Assembly (NCBI RefSeq): GCF_033722695.1
Contig: NZ_JAWVYM010000006.1
Span: 58,299 to 122,298, forward strand
Source: Pseudidiomarina sp.
Lineage (GTDB): Bacteria > Pseudomonadota > Gammaproteobacteria > Enterobacterales > Alteromonadaceae
DNA length: 64,000 bases
Direction of reading: 5' to 3'
Under the pieces are notes generated by a model, which searched no databases, had not been told where the DNA came from, and saw only the letters and a list, made by a program, of their open reading frames with translations. The position numbers and the translations under genes were made by a program. Positions 31,796 through 42,474 of this stretch are shown here, piece after piece (the first letter of the stretch is position 1; every line of letters begins with the position of its first letter).

Positions 31796-33094
31796 ATGGA
31801 TAAAAAGTATTCCGGCCTGTTTATGTTGCGCGGTCTGTTATGGTTTTTGCTGCCGGTCGCGCTGCTGGGCCTGCTCCTTGATGCGTTCTGGTTGGTGACG
31901 AGCCTGGCTTTGTTGGGATTGTTAAGCTGGCACTATTACTATCAGTACAAGCTGATTGACTGGCTCTGGCGCCGGCGCCGACTGCTGCCGCCGGAAGCGC
32001 CAGGCAGTTGGAGTTATATTTACGATGGAATCTACCGTACTCAGCGCCGCAGCCAGCAGCGCCGCCGCGCCCTTGCCAGTATCTTACGCAGGTTTCGCGA
32101 AGCTTCAGAAGCTATCCCTGACGCTGCCATTGTGTTCCGCCGCGATGGCGGGCTGATCTGGTGCAATAAGCTCGGGCAATTTTATTTCGGCCTGAAATGG
32201 CCGACAGATATGGGTATTCATTTATCTAATTTAATCCGGCACCCCGAGTTTATCCGTTACCTGCAAATCGGTGACTTTAGTAAAGACATCACGCTGCCGT
32301 CACCGGTTCGCGAAGACATCGAACTTGAAATTCGGATTATGCCGTACAGCGACAATCAATACTTGCTGATGGCTCGTGATATCACCCAGATTAAGCTTGC
32401 CGAACAGATGCGCAATGATTTTGTCGCGAATGTATCGCATGAACTGAAAACACCACTGACAGTTATTCAGGGCTATCTGGAAATGATGGAAGACTCTGCA
32501 GCGTTGCCGCCCGCCATGCTAAACAAAGCGGTGCGTGACATGAATGATCAGAGCGTGCGCATGCGTAAACTGGTCGATCAATTATTGTCTCTGTCCCGTA
32601 TGGAAGGTAGTGCAGTAGATATCTTCGAGCACAAAGTTGATGTACCGGCAATGTTACAGACCCTGAAAAGTGATGCCGACCGGCTCAATGCGAATAAAGA
32701 ACATGATATTGAGTTCGAGATTGGTCGTCAGAAGATGTATGGCCGGGAAGATGAACTCAGAAGTGTATTCTCGAACTTACTGGCTAACGCTATTCAGTAC
32801 ACCCAACCCAAAGGTAAAATCAAGGTGCGCTGGCTACCAGTGGGGCAACAGATGGAATTTAGCGTAACCGATAATGGCCCCGGCATTCCGGCTGAGCACA
32901 TGCCTCGCCTGACCGAGCGTTTTTATCGTATAGACAAAGACCGAAACAGCGCTAAAGGCGGCTCAGGACTGGGGCTGGCTATTGTTCGTCAGGCGCTGGA
33001 GCATCATCACTGTAAGTTGCTGATCGACTCAGTGGTTGGCCGTGGTTCAAAGTTCGCTGTGCGGGTGCCGGAAGAGTTGGTCATCCGCGATTAA
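31796..33094 (+). CDS. phoR: Phosphate regulon sensor kinase PhoR
   Basis: Two N-terminal TM segments, a charged linker (RRSQQRRRALASILRRFREA), a PAS domain, H-box FVANVSHELKTPLT and a HATPase domain. Confidence 0.95.
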   Translation: MDKKYSGLFMLRGLLWFLLPVALLGLLLDAFWLVTSLALLGLLSWHYYYQYKLIDWLWRRRRLLPPEAPGSWSYIYDGIYRTQRRSQQRRRALASILRRFREASEAIPDAAIVFRRDGGLIWCNKLGQFYFGLKWPTDMGIHLSNLIRHPEFIRYLQIGDFSKDITLPSPVREDIELEIRIMPYSDNQYLLMARDITQIKLAEQMRNDFVANVSHELKTPLTVIQGYLEMMEDSAALPPAMLNKAVRDMNDQSVRMRKLVDQLLSLSRMEGSAVDIFEHKVDVPAMLQTLKSDADRLNANKEHDIEFEIGRQKMYGREDELRSVFSNLLANAIQYTQPKGKIKVRWLPVGQQMEFSVTDNGPGIPAEHMPRLTERFYRIDKDRNSAKGGSGLGLAIVRQALEHHHCKLLIDSVVGRGSKFAVRVPEELVIRD

Positions 33095-33117
33095 TTTTCC
33101 CTGTCATTTTTTTATCC

Positions 33118-33151
33118 TTGTCATCAAACTGTCATCTTGACCGACTACACT
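33118..33151 (+). promoter_or_regulatory. Pho box plus -10 of the pstS promoter
   Basis: TTGTCAT-CAAA-CTGTCAT (33118-33135), a 10-bp gap, then TACACT (33146-33151). An extra CTGTCAT half-site lies at 33101-33107. Confidence 0.75.
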
Positions 33152-33203
33152 GAGTCTGTTTTTAGAACAACGCTGTTATTAAGCATCGGCTATTGGAGTC
33201 AAT

Positions 33204-34187
33204 ATGAAACTTAAATCAACACTTCTTGCACTAAGCCTGGCAACTGTTGTCAGCAGCGCAGCATCAACGGCGGCGCAGGCCCAGAAAGTTACAGATAACC
33301 TGCCCGAATATAATAAAGTTAGCGGCTTGTCCGGTAACCTTTCGTCAGTCGGTTCTGATACCCTGGCAAATATGATGACCTTCTGGTCAGAAGAGTTTAA
33401 ACGCATGTACCCGAACGTGAACATGCAAATTCAGGCAGCTGGCTCATCTACCGCGCCACCTGCGCTGACTGAAGGCACTTCAAACTTCGGCCCAATGAGC
33501 CGGGCGATGAAGTCAAAAGAAATCGAAGCCTTCGAAAAGCGTTTTGGTTACAAGCCAACTGCAGTGCGCGTTGCAATTGATGCACTGGCGGTTTTTGTGC
33601 ATAAAGATAACCCGATTCAGGGCCTGACCATTCCTGAAGTAGATGCAATTTTCTCTTCAACCCGCTTGTGTGGTGCGACCAAACAAGTACAGCGCTGGGG
33701 CGACCTGGGTTTGACCGGAAGCTGGGTAAACCGCGACCTGCAACTTTATGGACGTAACTCAGTATCTGGTACGTACGGCTACTTCAAAGAAGTGGCGTTA
33801 TGTGACGGTGACTTCCGTAACAACGTGAATGAGCAGCCGGGTTCTGCTTCAGTGGTGCAGTCGGTATCGACCTCACTGAATGCCATTGGCTATTCAGGCA
33901 TAGGTTATATCACTTCAGGTGTTAAAACTGTGCCATTAGCCCGTGAAGAGGGCGCTGAATATGTTGACGCCACTACCGAGAATGCACTGGCTGGTAAATA
34001 CCCGCTGTCACGCTTCCTCTATGTCTACGTAAATAAGCATCCGAATCAGCCACTGGATCCGGCAACTGCTGAATTCCTGCGCATGGTGCTGTCGAAAAAA
34101 GGCCAGGAAATAGTCGATAAAGATGGCTATATCCCGCTGCCACGGGTTGTGGTTGAGCAGGAGCTTGAACGCCTTGGTCTGAATTAA
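33204..34187 (+). CDS. pstS: Phosphate ABC transporter periplasmic substrate-binding protein
   Basis: Signal peptide ...STAAQA|QK, a PBP-like-2 family sequence (GSDTLANMM ... [11 protein letters not shown]) and its position in the operon. Confidence 0.9.
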   Translation: MKLKSTLLALSLATVVSSAASTAAQAQKVTDNLPEYNKVSGLSGNLSSVGSDTLANMMTFWSEEFKRMYPNVNMQIQAAGSSTAPPALTEGTSNFGPMSRAMKSKEIEAFEKRFGYKPTAVRVAIDALAVFVHKDNPIQGLTIPEVDAIFSSTRLCGATKQVQRWGDLGLTGSWVNRDLQLYGRNSVSGTYGYFKEVALCDGDFRNNVNEQPGSASVVQSVSTSLNAIGYSGIGYITSGVKTVPLAREEGAEYVDATTENALAGKYPLSRFLYVYVNKHPNQPLDPATAEFLRMVLSKKGQEIVDKDGYIPLPRVVVEQELERLGLN

Positions 34188-34206
34188 GAATCGTTATATG
34201 CAGTAA

Positions 34207-34237
34207 AAGAAAACCCGCTAAGGCGGGTTTTCTTATT
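34207..34237 (+). terminator. Rho-independent terminator after pstS
   Basis: Perfect 12-bp stem AAGAAAACCCGC / GCGGGTTTTCTT with loop TAAG and a T-rich 3' side. It starts 20 nt after the pstS stop. Confidence 0.75.
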
Positions 34238-34275
34238 GTGAGCTCAGAGTAAAAAATGTCAGAATTATGACAGCG

Positions 34276-34309
34276 CTGTAACAGTACTGTCATAATTACT
34301 GTCTATACT
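34276..34309 (+). promoter_or_regulatory. Second Pho box plus -10, upstream of pstC
   Basis: CTGTAAC-AGTA-CTGTCAT (34276-34293), a 10-bp gap, then TATACT (34304-34309). Confidence 0.7.
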
Positions 34310-34355
34310 TGCCCCATTAAATTTTTGATTTCAGATTTCCGATACCGAGGCATTA

Positions 34356-36599
34356 ATGGCTAAAGCAAAATCCAGCAATTTAGGAGCCAGTAACTACCGG
34401 TTGTTTAAAGATCGAGCCGCCCGCTGGGGTGTTACCTTAGGCGGTGTGCTGGTCTTAATCACCTTGTTACTGATTTTTTTCTATCTGCTTTATGTCGTTG
34501 AGCCGATTTTCCGCGGTGTTTCCATCGACGATAAACGCGACTTCACTATTGCTAAAGATGGTGAGGTGGTAGCGCTCGGCATTGAAGAGCAATCGGAGAT
34601 TGGCTATCAGTTTACCGATACCGGTGCGCTCAGCTTTTTTGCTTTGCAGTCATCGCCTGGAAACGACTGGCAGCAGGGCGAAATCCTGTTGCGCGAACAG
34701 GTGGTTCCAGCAACACCGACCAGCTTTACCGCGACCCAGCCGCAGAATAATCGTTATGCCTACGGTACTGCCGATGGTAAAGCCCAGGTTATCGAGCCTA
34801 AGTTCCGCAACCGGTTTGTCGAGGGTATACGCAGCACCACCCCGCATATCGAGTATGTTAACGGTCACGACCTGATCACCGTTGACCCACAAGGGCGTGC
34901 GTTAACCCAACTTGCTTATGAATACGACGGCGAGTCGATGCTTTTCGCTGCGGTTACAGCCGACGGTACTGTGGTCACCAACTATCTCGAAGCGACCCGT
35001 AATTTTCTGAGCGGCGAAGTTGAAATGAGCGAAAACTTCAACAGCCTCAGTTTGCCGGGTGCCGTCGATCAGCTGGAAGTGACCCCGAACCTGCGTCAGC
35101 TGCTGATTCGCCAGGGTAACCGGTTACGTATTTACGATGTCTCAAGCTCCGGCAAGCTCTCTGAGCGCCAGGTTATTGCCGTCGATCGCCGTTTAGGTGA
35201 TGTCACCACCATGCAGTTGTTGGCCGGTGCCAGCTCCATCCTGGTTGGTCACAGCAGCGGTATTGTCAGCCAGTGGTTTGAAGTCGCTGAAGAAGAAGGA
35301 CGGCGTTATCAGTTTATTCGTGAGTTCAAAGCTGCGGATAGCGCTATCGAGGAGATTATTCCTGAATACTATCGGCGGACCTTCTATACCGTATCAGCTG
35401 GAGGCGAACTCGGGGTATTCCATACTACTTCTCAGGCGGATCTCTATCGTGGCAAGCCCGAGCAGATTAGCGCCCAGCGGGTGGTTATTGATCCCCGGGC
35501 GAATACCCTGCTTATGTATAGCGACGGTCAATATCATTCATTTAAGCTGGAAAATGAGCACCCTGAAGTGACCTGGAGCGGTTTGTGGCAGGAAGTCTGG
35601 TACGAAGGCTACCCGGAGCCAGAATATGTCTGGCAGTCAACTTCGGGTTCGGACGACTTTGAGCCTAAGTTTAGTCTGGTGCCTATTTCTTTCGGTACCA
35701 TAAAAGCAGCCGCATACGCCATGCTGTTTGCGGTGCCTATCGGCTTAGCCGCCGCTGTTTATACTGCCTACTTCATGTCGCCAGGCGTCCGCAAAGTGGT
35801 CAAACCCACGGTGGAAATCATGGAGGCCCTGCCAACGGTTATTCTGGGTTTCCTGGCCGGACTCTGGCTGGCGCCGGTGATTGAAAACTACTTACCGGGT
35901 ATTGTCGCCACTATTATTCTGGTGCCGTCAGCGATTGTGTTTTTTGCATTGATTACCAGCATTCTGCCGCAACGTTTGCGTAACCAATTTACCGATGGCC
36001 GTGCGGCGTTGGTTCTGCTGCCACTGGTGGTGCTGGTGGGCTGGTTCTCGTTCTCGATGTCGCCCATTGTCGAGGACTGGTTATTTGGCGGTAACGTCCG
36101 CGAATATATTACCAACGAGCTGGGCATCACCTTTGATCAGCGCAACTCATTAGTGGTGGGTATTGCGATGGGGTTTGCGGTTATTCCGACTATCTTCTCG
36201 ATTGCAGAGGATGCGGTATTCAGCGTACCTAAACATCTTTCAAATGGCTCGCTGGCATTGGGCGCGACGACCTGGCAAACCCTCACCAAAGTGGTGCTGC
36301 TGACCGCCAGTCCCGGTATATTTTCGGCGGTTATGATGGGGCTTGGTCGCGCTGTTGGTGAAACCATGATCGTACTGATGGCTACGGGCAACACCCCAAT
36401 TATGGACTGGAATATATTCGAGGGAATGCGGACCTTGTCGGCTAACATTGCCGTCGAAATGCCGGAGTCAGAAGTGGGGAGTTCCCACTACCGAATCTTG
36501 TTCCTGGCGGCCTTTGTGCTATTTGTCTTCACTTTTGCGTTCAATACCGTGGCTGAAGTCGTACGCCAGCGGTTACGCGATAAATATAGCTCGATGTAA
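34356..36599 (+). CDS. pstC: Phosphate ABC transporter permease PstC, long form with an N-terminal extra-membrane domain of about 430 aa
   Basis: The C-terminal ~310 aa form a typical PstC permease core (FGTIKAAAYAMLFAVPIGL ... EAA-loop region). The N-terminus has one TM segment and then a repeat-rich, beta-strand-like domain. Confidence 0.9.
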   Translation: MAKAKSSNLGASNYRLFKDRAARWGVTLGGVLVLITLLLIFFYLLYVVEPIFRGVSIDDKRDFTIAKDGEVVALGIEEQSEIGYQFTDTGALSFFALQSSPGNDWQQGEILLREQVVPATPTSFTATQPQNNRYAYGTADGKAQVIEPKFRNRFVEGIRSTTPHIEYVNGHDLITVDPQGRALTQLAYEYDGESMLFAAVTADGTVVTNYLEATRNFLSGEVEMSENFNSLSLPGAVDQLEVTPNLRQLLIRQGNRLRIYDVSSSGKLSERQVIAVDRRLGDVTTMQLLAGASSILVGHSSGIVSQWFEVAEEEGRRYQFIREFKAADSAIEEIIPEYYRRTFYTVSAGGELGVFHTTSQADLYRGKPEQISAQRVVIDPRANTLLMYSDGQYHSFKLENEHPEVTWSGLWQEVWYEGYPEPEYVWQSTSGSDDFEPKFSLVPISFGTIKAAAYAMLFAVPIGLAAAVYTAYFMSPGVRKVVKPTVEIMEALPTVILGFLAGLWLAPVIENYLPGIVATIILVPSAIVFFALITSILPQRLRNQFTDGRAALVLLPLVVLVGWFSFSMSPIVEDWLFGGNVREYITNELGITFDQRNSLVVGIAMGFAVIPTIFSIAEDAVFSVPKHLSNGSLALGATTWQTLTKVVLLTASPGIFSAVMMGLGRAVGETMIVLMATGNTPIMDWNIFEGMRTLSANIAVEMPESEVGSSHYRILFLAAFVLFVFTFAFNTVAEVVRQRLRDKYSSM

Positions 36600-36613
36600 G
36601 CGAGAGGATGTTC

Positions 36614-38269
36614 ATGAAGCATTGGTTTAAATCAGGAAAACCCTGGATCTGGCTGACCGCTGGCGCGGTAAGTGTGAGTCTGATCGCGGTGCTCGGGCTG
36701 ATGGCGATGATCGCCTGGCGGGGGTTGTCGTTCTTCTGGCCGGCAGCGATTCACGAAATCGAAGTACAGGCGAACGACGGCACTACCCAAACCATTATCG
36801 GTGAAATTTATGACAGCGAAGAGATTCCAATTCAGCGTCTGCAGGAATCAGGTGTACAACTGGATAACTTTGACGAACCGACATTACGCCGGATCCTGTT
36901 AAAAGTCGGCAACCGTGAATATGTGCCGTTGGATTTTGCCTGGGTAATGGTGCCGCAAATTGTCCGGGATGAAACTCCGGCAGATCTGGCGCGCCTGGAG
37001 CGTAGCAAAGACGGTAACTTCTACGGTTATGTGGTTGCGGTACTGGAAAACGGCGAACCGGTGGCAACTGGCGAAACGATTCGTGATGAACTGGATCGTC
37101 GGATTGAGCGCGCTGTCGAAATCGGTGAAGAGGCTGATGCGCTGCAAAGCGCAGAGATCGGTGCCATCAACTACCAGTTAAACCAACTGCGCCTTGAGCG
37201 CCGCCGGCTGGAACTCAACGACAAGCTGACGATGGAAGCGGAGCAAGCGATTGCTGATCGTGAGCAAGCCTTGCGCGACGAGTATCAGGAACTGGAACAA
37301 GAGCTCTTTGCGTTACGAGAGCAAGCAAGCCGGGATGCCGTAGTGATGCGTGATATGCGGGGCGTGGAAGTAACCTTGCCAATGTATCGCATCCTGGACG
37401 CGACATTTCCGAATGATATGAGCCTGCTCGCTGAAATTGGCCACTTTTTTAAGCAGATCGGAAACTTTATTACCGAGGATCCCCGGGAAGCCAATACTGA
37501 CGGCGGGGTGTTCCCAGCTATATTTGGTACTGTTTTTATGGTGCTACTGATGTCGGTGTTAGTAACGCCATTTGGCGTAATTGCCGCCATTTACCTGCAC
37601 GAATATGCCGGTCGCAACGCGGTCACGCGCTTAATCCGGATCGCCGTAATTAACCTGGCGGGTGTGCCCTCAATTGTTTACGGGGTATTTGGCCTGGGCT
37701 TCTTCGTGTACATGGTGGGTGGTTCACTGGATCAGATCTTTTATCCGGAAGCACTGCCAAGCCCGACATTTGGTACGCCCGGCGTGATGTGGTCAGCAAT
37801 TACCCTGGCGATTCTGACGTTACCCGTGGTTATCGTATCCACGGAAGAGGGGTTGTCACGCATCCCCAGTACGTTGCGTGAAGGTAGTCTCGCACTGGGC
37901 GCGACTAAAGCAGAAACCTTGTGGCGTATTATTCTGCCCATGGCCTCGCCGGCGATTATGACCGGCCTGATTCTGGCGGTAGCGCGGGCTGCTGGTGAAG
38001 TGGCACCGCTGATGCTGGTCGGGGTAGTGAAGTCTGCGCCGATGCTGCCGGTGGACGGTAACTTTCCGTACTTCCACCTGGATCGTAAATTTATGCACCT
38101 GGGTTTCCATATATATGATGTGGGCTTCCAGAGCCCGAACGTAGAAGCGGCGCGGCCGCTGGTTTACGCCACCTCGTTCTTACTGGTAACGGTTATCGTC
38201 GGACTGAACCTGACGGCAATCGGTGTACGTAACCATCTGCGTGAAAAATATCGCTCATTAGAGCACTAA
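36614..38269 (+). CDS. pstA: Phosphate ABC transporter permease PstA, long form with an insertion of about 250 aa after TM1
   Basis: The C-terminal core is PstA-like ([18 protein letters not shown] ... GEVAPLM). The insertion contains a coiled-coil stretch ([43 protein letters not shown]). The GAGAGG Shine-Dalgarno favours ATG at 36614 over 36608. Confidence 0.9.
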   Translation: MKHWFKSGKPWIWLTAGAVSVSLIAVLGLMAMIAWRGLSFFWPAAIHEIEVQANDGTTQTIIGEIYDSEEIPIQRLQESGVQLDNFDEPTLRRILLKVGNREYVPLDFAWVMVPQIVRDETPADLARLERSKDGNFYGYVVAVLENGEPVATGETIRDELDRRIERAVEIGEEADALQSAEIGAINYQLNQLRLERRRLELNDKLTMEAEQAIADREQALRDEYQELEQELFALREQASRDAVVMRDMRGVEVTLPMYRILDATFPNDMSLLAEIGHFFKQIGNFITEDPREANTDGGVFPAIFGTVFMVLLMSVLVTPFGVIAAIYLHEYAGRNAVTRLIRIAVINLAGVPSIVYGVFGLGFFVYMVGGSLDQIFYPEALPSPTFGTPGVMWSAITLAILTLPVVIVSTEEGLSRIPSTLREGSLALGATKAETLWRIILPMASPAIMTGLILAVARAAGEVAPLMLVGVVKSAPMLPVDGNFPYFHLDRKFMHLGFHIYDVGFQSPNVEAARPLVYATSFLLVTVIVGLNLTAIGVRNHLREKYRSLEH

Positions 38270-38297
38270 TTTTGAGCTTAGCGAAAAGGTCTTTATT

Positions 38298-39116
38298 ATG
38301 ATTTCGGTAACCCCGACAAGTTCACAGGCTGAGATTCTTGATTTAGAGAATCTGACATCTGAGCAGACAGCATTAGAAATTCGCAATCTGAATTTGCATT
38401 ATGGCGACGCACAGGCGCTATATGATATTTCGATGAACATCCCGAAGAACCGGGTTACCGCCTTTATCGGGCCGTCCGGTTGCGGCAAGTCAACCCTGTT
38501 GCGGTGCATCAACCGGATGAATGATCTGGTTGAAATCTCCCGTACTACGGGTCAGATTCGCCTGCACGATAAAAATATCTATGACAAAGATGTGGATGTC
38601 GCGGCACTGCGTCGCCGCATCGGCATGGTGTTCCAGCGGCCGAATCCGTTTCCAAAATCGATTTACGAAAACGTGGTTTATGGTATGCGCTTGCAGGGCG
38701 TGAACGACCGCCGCACCTTAGATGAGGTGGTGGAACGATCACTGAAAGGCGCAGCCTTATGGGAAGAGGTAAAAGATCGTCTGAATGCCAGTGCCTTTGG
38801 TCTTTCCGGTGGTCAGCAGCAGCGTCTGGTTATTGCCCGCGCCATCGCAATCGAGCCTGAAGTGCTGTTGCTGGATGAACCGACCTCAGCGTTGGATCCG
38901 ATCTCAACCCTCACTATCGAAGAGCTGATTACTGAATTAAAATCTAAGTATACCGTGGTCATTGTTACCCATAACATGCAACAGGCGGCGCGAGTGTCCG
39001 ATCAGACAGCCTTTATGTATATGGGCAAACTGATTGAGTACGCGGATACCAACACGCTATTTACGACCCCGGAAAAGAAACAAACCGAAGATTATATTAC
39101 CGGCCGTTACGGTTAA
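38298..39116 (+). CDS. pstB: Phosphate ABC transporter ATP-binding protein
   Basis: Walker [10 protein letters not shown], signature LSGGQQQR, Walker B LLLDEP. Confidence 0.97.
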   Translation: MISVTPTSSQAEILDLENLTSEQTALEIRNLNLHYGDAQALYDISMNIPKNRVTAFIGPSGCGKSTLLRCINRMNDLVEISRTTGQIRLHDKNIYDKDVDVAALRRRIGMVFQRPNPFPKSIYENVVYGMRLQGVNDRRTLDEVVERSLKGAALWEEVKDRLNASAFGLSGGQQQRLVIARAIAIEPEVLLLDEPTSALDPISTLTIEELITELKSKYTVVIVTHNMQQAARVSDQTAFMYMGKLIEYADTNTLFTTPEKKQTEDYITGRYG

Positions 39117-39131
39117 CAGGAGCTTGCCGAG

Positions 39132-39860
39132 ATGGATAAATTAAACATGAGCCGGCATATTTCCGGCAAATTTAATGAAGAACTGGAAGCGGTCCGTAAT
39201 CAGGTACTGAATATGGGGGGGCTGGTTGAGCAACAGCTGCGGGATTCGCTGTACGCCATCGAAAAATCAGACCATGAGCTGGCAGAGAAGATTCTGCAGC
39301 GCGACTTCAGCATCAATGCGATGGAAGTGCAGATTGATGAAGCCTGCGTACAGATCATAGCTAAACGCCAGCCAGCAGCCAGCGACTTACGTCTGGTTAT
39401 CGCGATCTTTAAAACCATTTCTGATCTTGAGCGTATCGGTGATGAAGCTGAGCGTATTGCGCGGGTGGCTCTTGAGAGCTTTAACAATGACCAGCAGCAA
39501 TTCCTCGTCAGCCTTGAAAACCTCGGCCAGCAGGTGCTGTCGATGCTGCACAATGTGCTGGATGCTTTTGCCCGCATGGATCTCGACAGTGCTTATGAAG
39601 TGCATCAGATGGATGCGCAGGCCGACCGCCAGTACGAAGCGCTGACGCGCCAGTTGATGACCTACATGATGGAAGACCCGCGCGGTATTCCGAAGGTCAT
39701 GAATGTGCTCTGGTCGGCACGCTCGCTGGAGCGTATCGGTGATCGTTGTCAGAACATTGCCGAATACATCATCTTCTTTGTGAAGGGTAAAGATGTGCGG
39801 CACGTTTCTGCTGAATCAATGGAACGCACCGTGAAAGGCCCCAGTACCGGAAAGAGCTAA
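39132..39860 (+). CDS. phoU: Phosphate signalling complex protein PhoU
   Basis: 242 aa with the duplicated PhoU motif (ERIGDEAERIA and ERIGDRCQNIAE). Confidence 0.96.
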   Translation: MDKLNMSRHISGKFNEELEAVRNQVLNMGGLVEQQLRDSLYAIEKSDHELAEKILQRDFSINAMEVQIDEACVQIIAKRQPAASDLRLVIAIFKTISDLERIGDEAERIARVALESFNNDQQQFLVSLENLGQQVLSMLHNVLDAFARMDLDSAYEVHQMDAQADRQYEALTRQLMTYMMEDPRGIPKVMNVLWSARSLERIGDRCQNIAEYIIFFVKGKDVRHVSAESMERTVKGPSTGKS

Positions 39861-39895
39861 CCGGCAAGAGCTAACTGTGCCGGCAAGCGAGCCGT

Positions 39896-41137
39896 CTAAT
39901 ACAATACCCGGGCACGGATAGTGCCCGGTATCTCCCGAATTTTTGTCAACATCCGGTCCGCCTGATTTCCCTCAATCGGTGTATCTATATCGATCACTAC
40001 ATAACCTACTTCGCTGTCGGTCTGCAGATATTGTCCGGATACGTTGATATTGTCATCAGCCATGATCTGGTTCAGGCGGGTAAGCATACCTGGTCGGTTC
40101 TCGTGGATATGCAGTAACCGGCGCGAGCCAGCATGGGCTGGGAGCGAGACTTCGGGGAAGTTAACCGCTGATAGCGTAGAGCCATTATCCGAGTAATGAA
40201 CCAGCTTACCGGCTACTTCGATCCCGATATTTTCCTGCGCTTCCTGGGTTGAGCCACCTACATGAGGCGTAAGAATGCAGTTGCTCAGCCCCTGCAGCGG
40301 TGACTCAAAGCGCTCATCATTACTACCGGGTTCGACCGGGAATACATCAATAGCGGCGCCGGCCAGATGGCCTGATTTAAGCGCTTCCGCCAGCGCTTCA
40401 ATAACCACCACCGTGCCACGTGAGGCATTGATCAGAATACTTCTGGGTTTCATCCGGGCAATCTGTTCGGCTCCGATCAGCCACTGAGTCTGCGGCGTTT
40501 CGGGAACGTGCAGGCTAAGCACATCAGCCTGGCGGAGGAGTTCCTCCAGTGAGTGAACCTGTATCGCGTTGCCCAGCACCAGTTTATTTTCAATGTCGTA
40601 AAAGCGGACCTGCATACCCAGTTGCTCAGCCAGAATACTCAGCTGACTACCGATATGTCCGTAACCGATAATTCCAAGGATCTTGCCGCGCGCTTCATAG
40701 GATCCTTTGGCTGCCTTATCCCAGCCGCCCTGATGCGCGGCGGCATTTTTTTCGGGAATGCGGCGCAGCAACATAATGATTTCAGCCAGCACCAGCTCAG
40801 CAACGCTGCGGGTATTGGAAAAGGGCGCGTTAAAAACCACCACGCCGTGCTGGCGCGCAGCCTGCAGATCAACCTGGTTGGTGCCAATACAGAAACAACC
40901 AACCCCCGCCAGCTTTTGCGCGGCAGCGAATACCTTCGGAGTAAGCTGGGTGCGCGAGCGGATACCCAGAAAATGAACATCTTTGATGCGCTCACAAAGT
41001 TCATCTTCATCCAGCGCGGTCTTTACCAGCTCAATATTGGTATAGCCGCGCTGCCTGAATACCTGAACAGCGCTGTCATGCACCCCTTCAAGTAAGAGGA
41101 TCTGAATACGATCTTTTGCTAGCGATACTATACTCAT
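39896..41137 (-). CDS. serA: D-3-phosphoglycerate dehydrogenase
   Basis: NAD-binding motif GIIGYGHIG, catalytic region and a C-terminal ACT domain, 413 aa. Confidence 0.95.
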   Translation of the reverse strand: MSIVSLAKDRIQILLLEGVHDSAVQVFRQRGYTNIELVKTALDEDELCERIKDVHFLGIRSRTQLTPKVFAAAQKLAGVGCFCIGTNQVDLQAARQHGVVVFNAPFSNTRSVAELVLAEIIMLLRRIPEKNAAAHQGGWDKAAKGSYEARGKILGIIGYGHIGSQLSILAEQLGMQVRFYDIENKLVLGNAIQVHSLEELLRQADVLSLHVPETPQTQWLIGAEQIARMKPRSILINASRGTVVVIEALAEALKSGHLAGAAIDVFPVEPGSNDERFESPLQGLSNCILTPHVGGSTQEAQENIGIEVAGKLVHYSDNGSTLSAVNFPEVSLPAHAGSRRLLHIHENRPGMLTRLNQIMADDNINVSGQYLQTDSEVGYVVIDIDTPIEGNQADRMLTKIREIPGTIRARVLY

Positions 41138-41796
41138 TCGACGGTTTTGACTCCATCAGGGGTGGCAATAAGGGCAATATCCGCTTTACGGTCAGCGAAT
41201 AAACCATTGGTCACGACACCAACAATATTATTCAGTTGTTGCTCTAATTGCACGGGGTCAAGGATATCTAAGTTGTGAATATCCAGTATCAGGTTGCCGT
41301 TATCGGTAACAAAGCCCTGTCGCCATTCGGGATCCCCACCCAGTTTAACAATCTGGCGGGCAACATAGGAGCGGGCCATAGGTATAACTTCAACGGGCAA
41401 GGGGAACTGGCCTAGCCGGCCGACCTGTTTACTCTCATCAACAATACAGATAAATTTATCGGCAACGGCCGCGACGATTTTTTCACGGGTCAGGGCACCG
41501 CCGCCGCCTTTAATCATGCGCAGGTGCTCGTCAATTTCATCAGCACCATCAATATAAACCGGTAACTCACCAACGTGGTTAAGTTCAAGTACCTCAATGC
41601 CGTGGGACTTCAGGCGTTCGGTGGAGGCTTCAGAGCTGGATACGGCACCTTCAATGTCGTCTTTCATCGACGCCAGCGCATCAATAAAAAGGTTTACGGT
41701 TGAGCCGCTGCCGATACCGACTACTGAGCCGGGTTTGACATATTTGAGAGCAGCTTGCGCTACTTGTTTTTTAAGGTCGTCCTGAGAGGTTGTCAT
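41134..41796 (-). CDS. rpiA: Ribose-5-phosphate isomerase A
   Basis: GIGSGST and DGADE motifs, 220 aa. Its stop overlaps the serA start by 4 nt. Confidence 0.95.
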   Translation of the reverse strand: MTTSQDDLKKQVAQAALKYVKPGSVVGIGSGSTVNLFIDALASMKDDIEGAVSSSEASTERLKSHGIEVLELNHVGELPVYIDGADEIDEHLRMIKGGGGALTREKIVAAVADKFICIVDESKQVGRLGQFPLPVEVIPMARSYVARQIVKLGGDPEWRQGFVTDNGNLILDIHNLDILDPVQLEQQLNNIVGVVTNGLFADRKADIALIATPDGVKTVE

Positions 41797-41839
41797 AGCT
41801 GTATCCCTGGTAAAAACGTGGGTCTATAACTATACAGCT

Positions 41840-42424
41840 TCAGGGGCGGAAGTCCCACACTTTCGCAGGCGTGATCACCATAGGTAAGGGAACATCCCAG
41901 GCAGCGCAGGGAATGGCGTCGGCGCGCTGCAGATCATAGGCCAGTCCGATAGGCAGCAACCCGGGGTACTTACCTTTGCGCCAGCTTGCCAGGGTGCGGT
42001 CGTAGTAGCCGCCGCCCATACCCAGACGATTACCCATAGTGTCGAAGCCCACCAGAGGAACCAGCAGAATCTGGATCTGTTGTAACGGGATGATATCAGG
42101 GCAGCGTAGCGCGGGTTCACCGATGCCGAAGCGGTTGGCACTCCAGATGGTGCGCTCGTGCTGACGTAAAAACAGCAGGTGGCCCGGAACGACCGGGTGC
42201 AAGACCGGTAAGGCGAGCCGATGATTTTGCGCCAGCTCAAGATTCAGCGCGTGAGTAGGGAGTTCAGCACGAATACTGTGATAACTGCCAACGGTTTCGG
42301 CGTGTTGGAGCTCGGGTAGTGCCAGCAATCGGTCACCGAGATCCGCCGCTGCACGCTCACGCTCGGCGGCGCTGAGCCGTTCACGCTGGCGCAGAAGGTG
42401 CTCACGTAATTGCTGTCGGTTCAC
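41840..42424 (-). CDS. ygfA: 5-formyltetrahydrofolate cyclo-ligase
   Basis: 194 aa with the GMGGGYYDRTL motif. It lies in the ssrS/zapA neighbourhood, as in E. coli. Confidence 0.85.
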   Translation of the reverse strand: MNRQQLREHLLRQRERLSAAERERAAADLGDRLLALPELQHAETVGSYHSIRAELPTHALNLELAQNHRLALPVLHPVVPGHLLFLRQHERTIWSANRFGIGEPALRCPDIIPLQQIQILLVPLVGFDTMGNRLGMGGGYYDRTLASWRKGKYPGLLPIGLAYDLQRADAIPCAAWDVPLPMVITPAKVWDFRP

Positions 42425-42474
42425 GGCACTGCTATCCTTGGTTAATTCTTACTCTGATAAAAGCGTGTTATATC

